Of a stretch of DNA of 64,000 nt, positions 62,655 to 64,000 are shown in pieces. The DNA lies in contig DZAX01000003.1 in assembly GCA_022729705.1 (NCBI GenBank), positions 17,214 to 81,213 on the forward strand, written 5' to 3'. The translations under genes and the position numbers were made by a program. The notes under the pieces were generated by a model. The model worked only from the letters and a program-made list of their open reading frames with translations, did no database searches and was not told the origin of the DNA. Each line of letters opens with the position of its first letter. Position 1 is the first letter of the stretch. This DNA comes from Helicobacter cetorum. GTDB taxonomy: Bacteria; Campylobacterota; Campylobacteria; Campylobacterales; UBA6016.

Positions 62655-64000
62655 ATGCAAGATATAAGAAACATAGCGGTTATAGCACACGTTGACCACG
62701 GTAAAACGACTCTTGTAGACGGGCTACTAAAACAAGCGGGAACGTTTTCTGAGAGAGATAACGTTGAAGAGAGGGTGATGGACTCAAATCAGCTGGAAAA
62801 AGAGAGAGGTATTACGATTCTCTCCAAAAATACGGCGATTAGGTATAAAGGCAGAAAGATAAACATTATCGACACTCCGGGACACGCCGACTTTGGCGGC
62901 GAGGTTGAGAGGGTTCTTAAGATGGTTGACGCCGTTTTACTTCTTGTGGATGCGCAAGAGGGCGTTATGCCTCAAACAAAATTTGTCGTAAAAAAAGCGG
63001 TGGCTTTGGGGTTAAAAATCCTTCTAGTCGTAAACAAAATCGACAAACCGGCGGCGGAGCCTCTTAGAATTCAAGACGAAGTGTTTGACCTTTTGGCACA
63101 AATGGACGCCTCTGATGAGCAACTAGACTTCCCTGTAATATATGCGGCGGCTAGAAACGGTATGAGTAAAGCAAAAATGGAAGATCCAGATAGCGACCTT
63201 ACGCCTCTTTTTGAGATGATACTTACACACACTCCACAACCTACCGGAGGTCCTGAAAATCCTCTTCAACTTCAAGTGTTTACGCTTGACTATGACAACT
63301 ATGTCGGCAAGATAGGCATCAGCCGAATATTTAACGGCGTGGTAAAGAAAAACCAATCCGTAGTGCTTATAAAATCAGACGGCGAAAAACTAAACGGTAG
63401 AGTCACAAAGCTAATCGGCTTTATGGGGCTTGCTAGAACAGAGATAGACGAAGCGGAAGCGGGCGACATCGTGGCGATAGCCGGATTTGAGACTATCGAC
63501 GTTGGCGACAGCCTTTGCGAGCCAAACAACATTATGCCACTCGACCCTATGCACATCGAAGAGCCTACAATGAGCGTTGTATTCTCAATTAACGACAGCC
63601 CGCTTGCAGGAACTGAGGGAAAACACATCACTTCAAACAAAGTAAGAGAGAGACTAGAGTTTGAGATGAACACCAATATCGCTATGAAACTAGAAGCGGT
63701 AGAGGGCGAGGGTAGATTTAAAGTATCCGGCAGGGGCGAGCTTCAAATCACGATTTTGGCTGAGAATATGAGAAGAGAGGGCTTTGAGTTTGGTATCTCA
63801 AGACCTGAAGTTATCGTGCGCATTGAAAACGGCGTAAAATGCGAGCCGTTTGAGCATCTTGTAGTAGATGTGCCAGATGAGTTTAGCGGTACTGTAATAG
63901 AGATACTAGGCAAAAGAAAAGCCGAGATGAAATCAATGGTGCCAATGGGCGCGGGTCAAACAAGAATGGAGTTTGAGATTCCAGCACGTGCTCTTATCGG
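62655..64000 (+). CDS. typA: Translational GTPase TypA/BipA (5' part, runs off the window end)
   Basis: Not in the ORF track because there is no stop in the window. [45 protein letters not shown]. Confidence 0.9.
   Translation, partial: MQDIRNIAVIAHVDHGKTTLVDGLLKQAGTFSERDNVEERVMDSNQLEKERGITILSKNTAIRYKGRKINIIDTPGHADFGGEVERVLKMVDAVLLLVDAQEGVMPQTKFVVKKAVALGLKILLVVNKIDKPAAEPLRIQDEVFDLLAQMDASDEQLDFPVIYAAARNGMSKAKMEDPDSDLTPLFEMILTHTPQPTGGPENPLQLQVFTLDYDNYVGKIGISRIFNGVVKKNQSVVLIKSDGEKLNGRVTKLIGFMGLARTEIDEAEAGDIVAIAGFETIDVGDSLCEPNNIMPLDPMHIEEPTMSVVFSINDSPLAGTEGKHITSNKVRERLEFEMNTNIAMKLEAVEGEGRFKVSGRGELQITILAENMRREGFEFGISRPEVIVRIENGVKCEPFEHLVVDVPDEFSGTVIEILGKRKAEMKSMVPMGAGQTRMEFEIPARALI

Noticed and set aside
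1-64000. Searched for CRISPR arrays, rRNA genes and additional tRNAs.
   Set aside because: No regularly spaced direct repeats were seen; the GC-rich hairpin repeats are irregularly dispersed. No rRNA-like conserved stretches were seen. The only tRNA-like cloverleaf I could find by eye is tRNA-Sec.

Overview
This is a Campylobacterota-type (Campylobacter/Sulfurospirillum-like) chromosomal window. That assignment is an inference from gene content and DnaA-box type, not from a search. It includes the replication-origin neighbourhood: gyrB-dnaN-dnaA on the minus strand, a cluster of TTATTCACA-type DnaA boxes, then ruvC. About 60 credible protein genes are present, most of them housekeeping (nusA, miaB, rimO, tilS, panC, prfB, uppS, truA, rpsO, queF, typA, moaDE, two Mrp/ApbC ATPases, lipid/LPS functions).

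Three things stand out.

1. At about 39.0-47.2 kb there is a seven-gene operon for a Tat-exported molybdoenzyme of the NarG/SerA/EbdA (type II DMSO-reductase) clade. It has a NarH-like Fe-S subunit and an unusual heme subunit (EB_dh-like heme b domain fused to a c-type cytochrome). It also encodes a leading periplasmic rhodanese, a private TorD-like chaperone and a poly-ferredoxin. The substrate cannot be read from context.

2. Directly downstream lies a complete selenium-utilisation locus: yedF-selB-selA, tRNA-Sec and selD. The tRNA-Sec is absent from the ORF track. The selD N-terminus is truncated in the ORF track because the gene carries an in-frame UGA (Sec) codon.

3. The intergenic space is unusually rich in small repeats and gene debris. 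This includes a 120-bp MITE-like element with perfect 21-bp terminal inverted repeats, two families of GC-rich multi-hairpin repeats and several other dispersed repeats. A ~520-bp direct duplication brackets a vapBC module. There are also IS481-like transposase scraps, an integrase stub, a hipA stub, a decayed NlpC/P60 gene and homopolymer tracts.

A low-GC islet between ruvC and typA carries an HTH-LRR fusion protein, a poly-A-frameshifted J-domain gene that reads into a DUF4160/DUF2442 pair, and nothing else. No rRNA and no CRISPR array were seen. All family assignments come from motif recognition by eye, with no database search.
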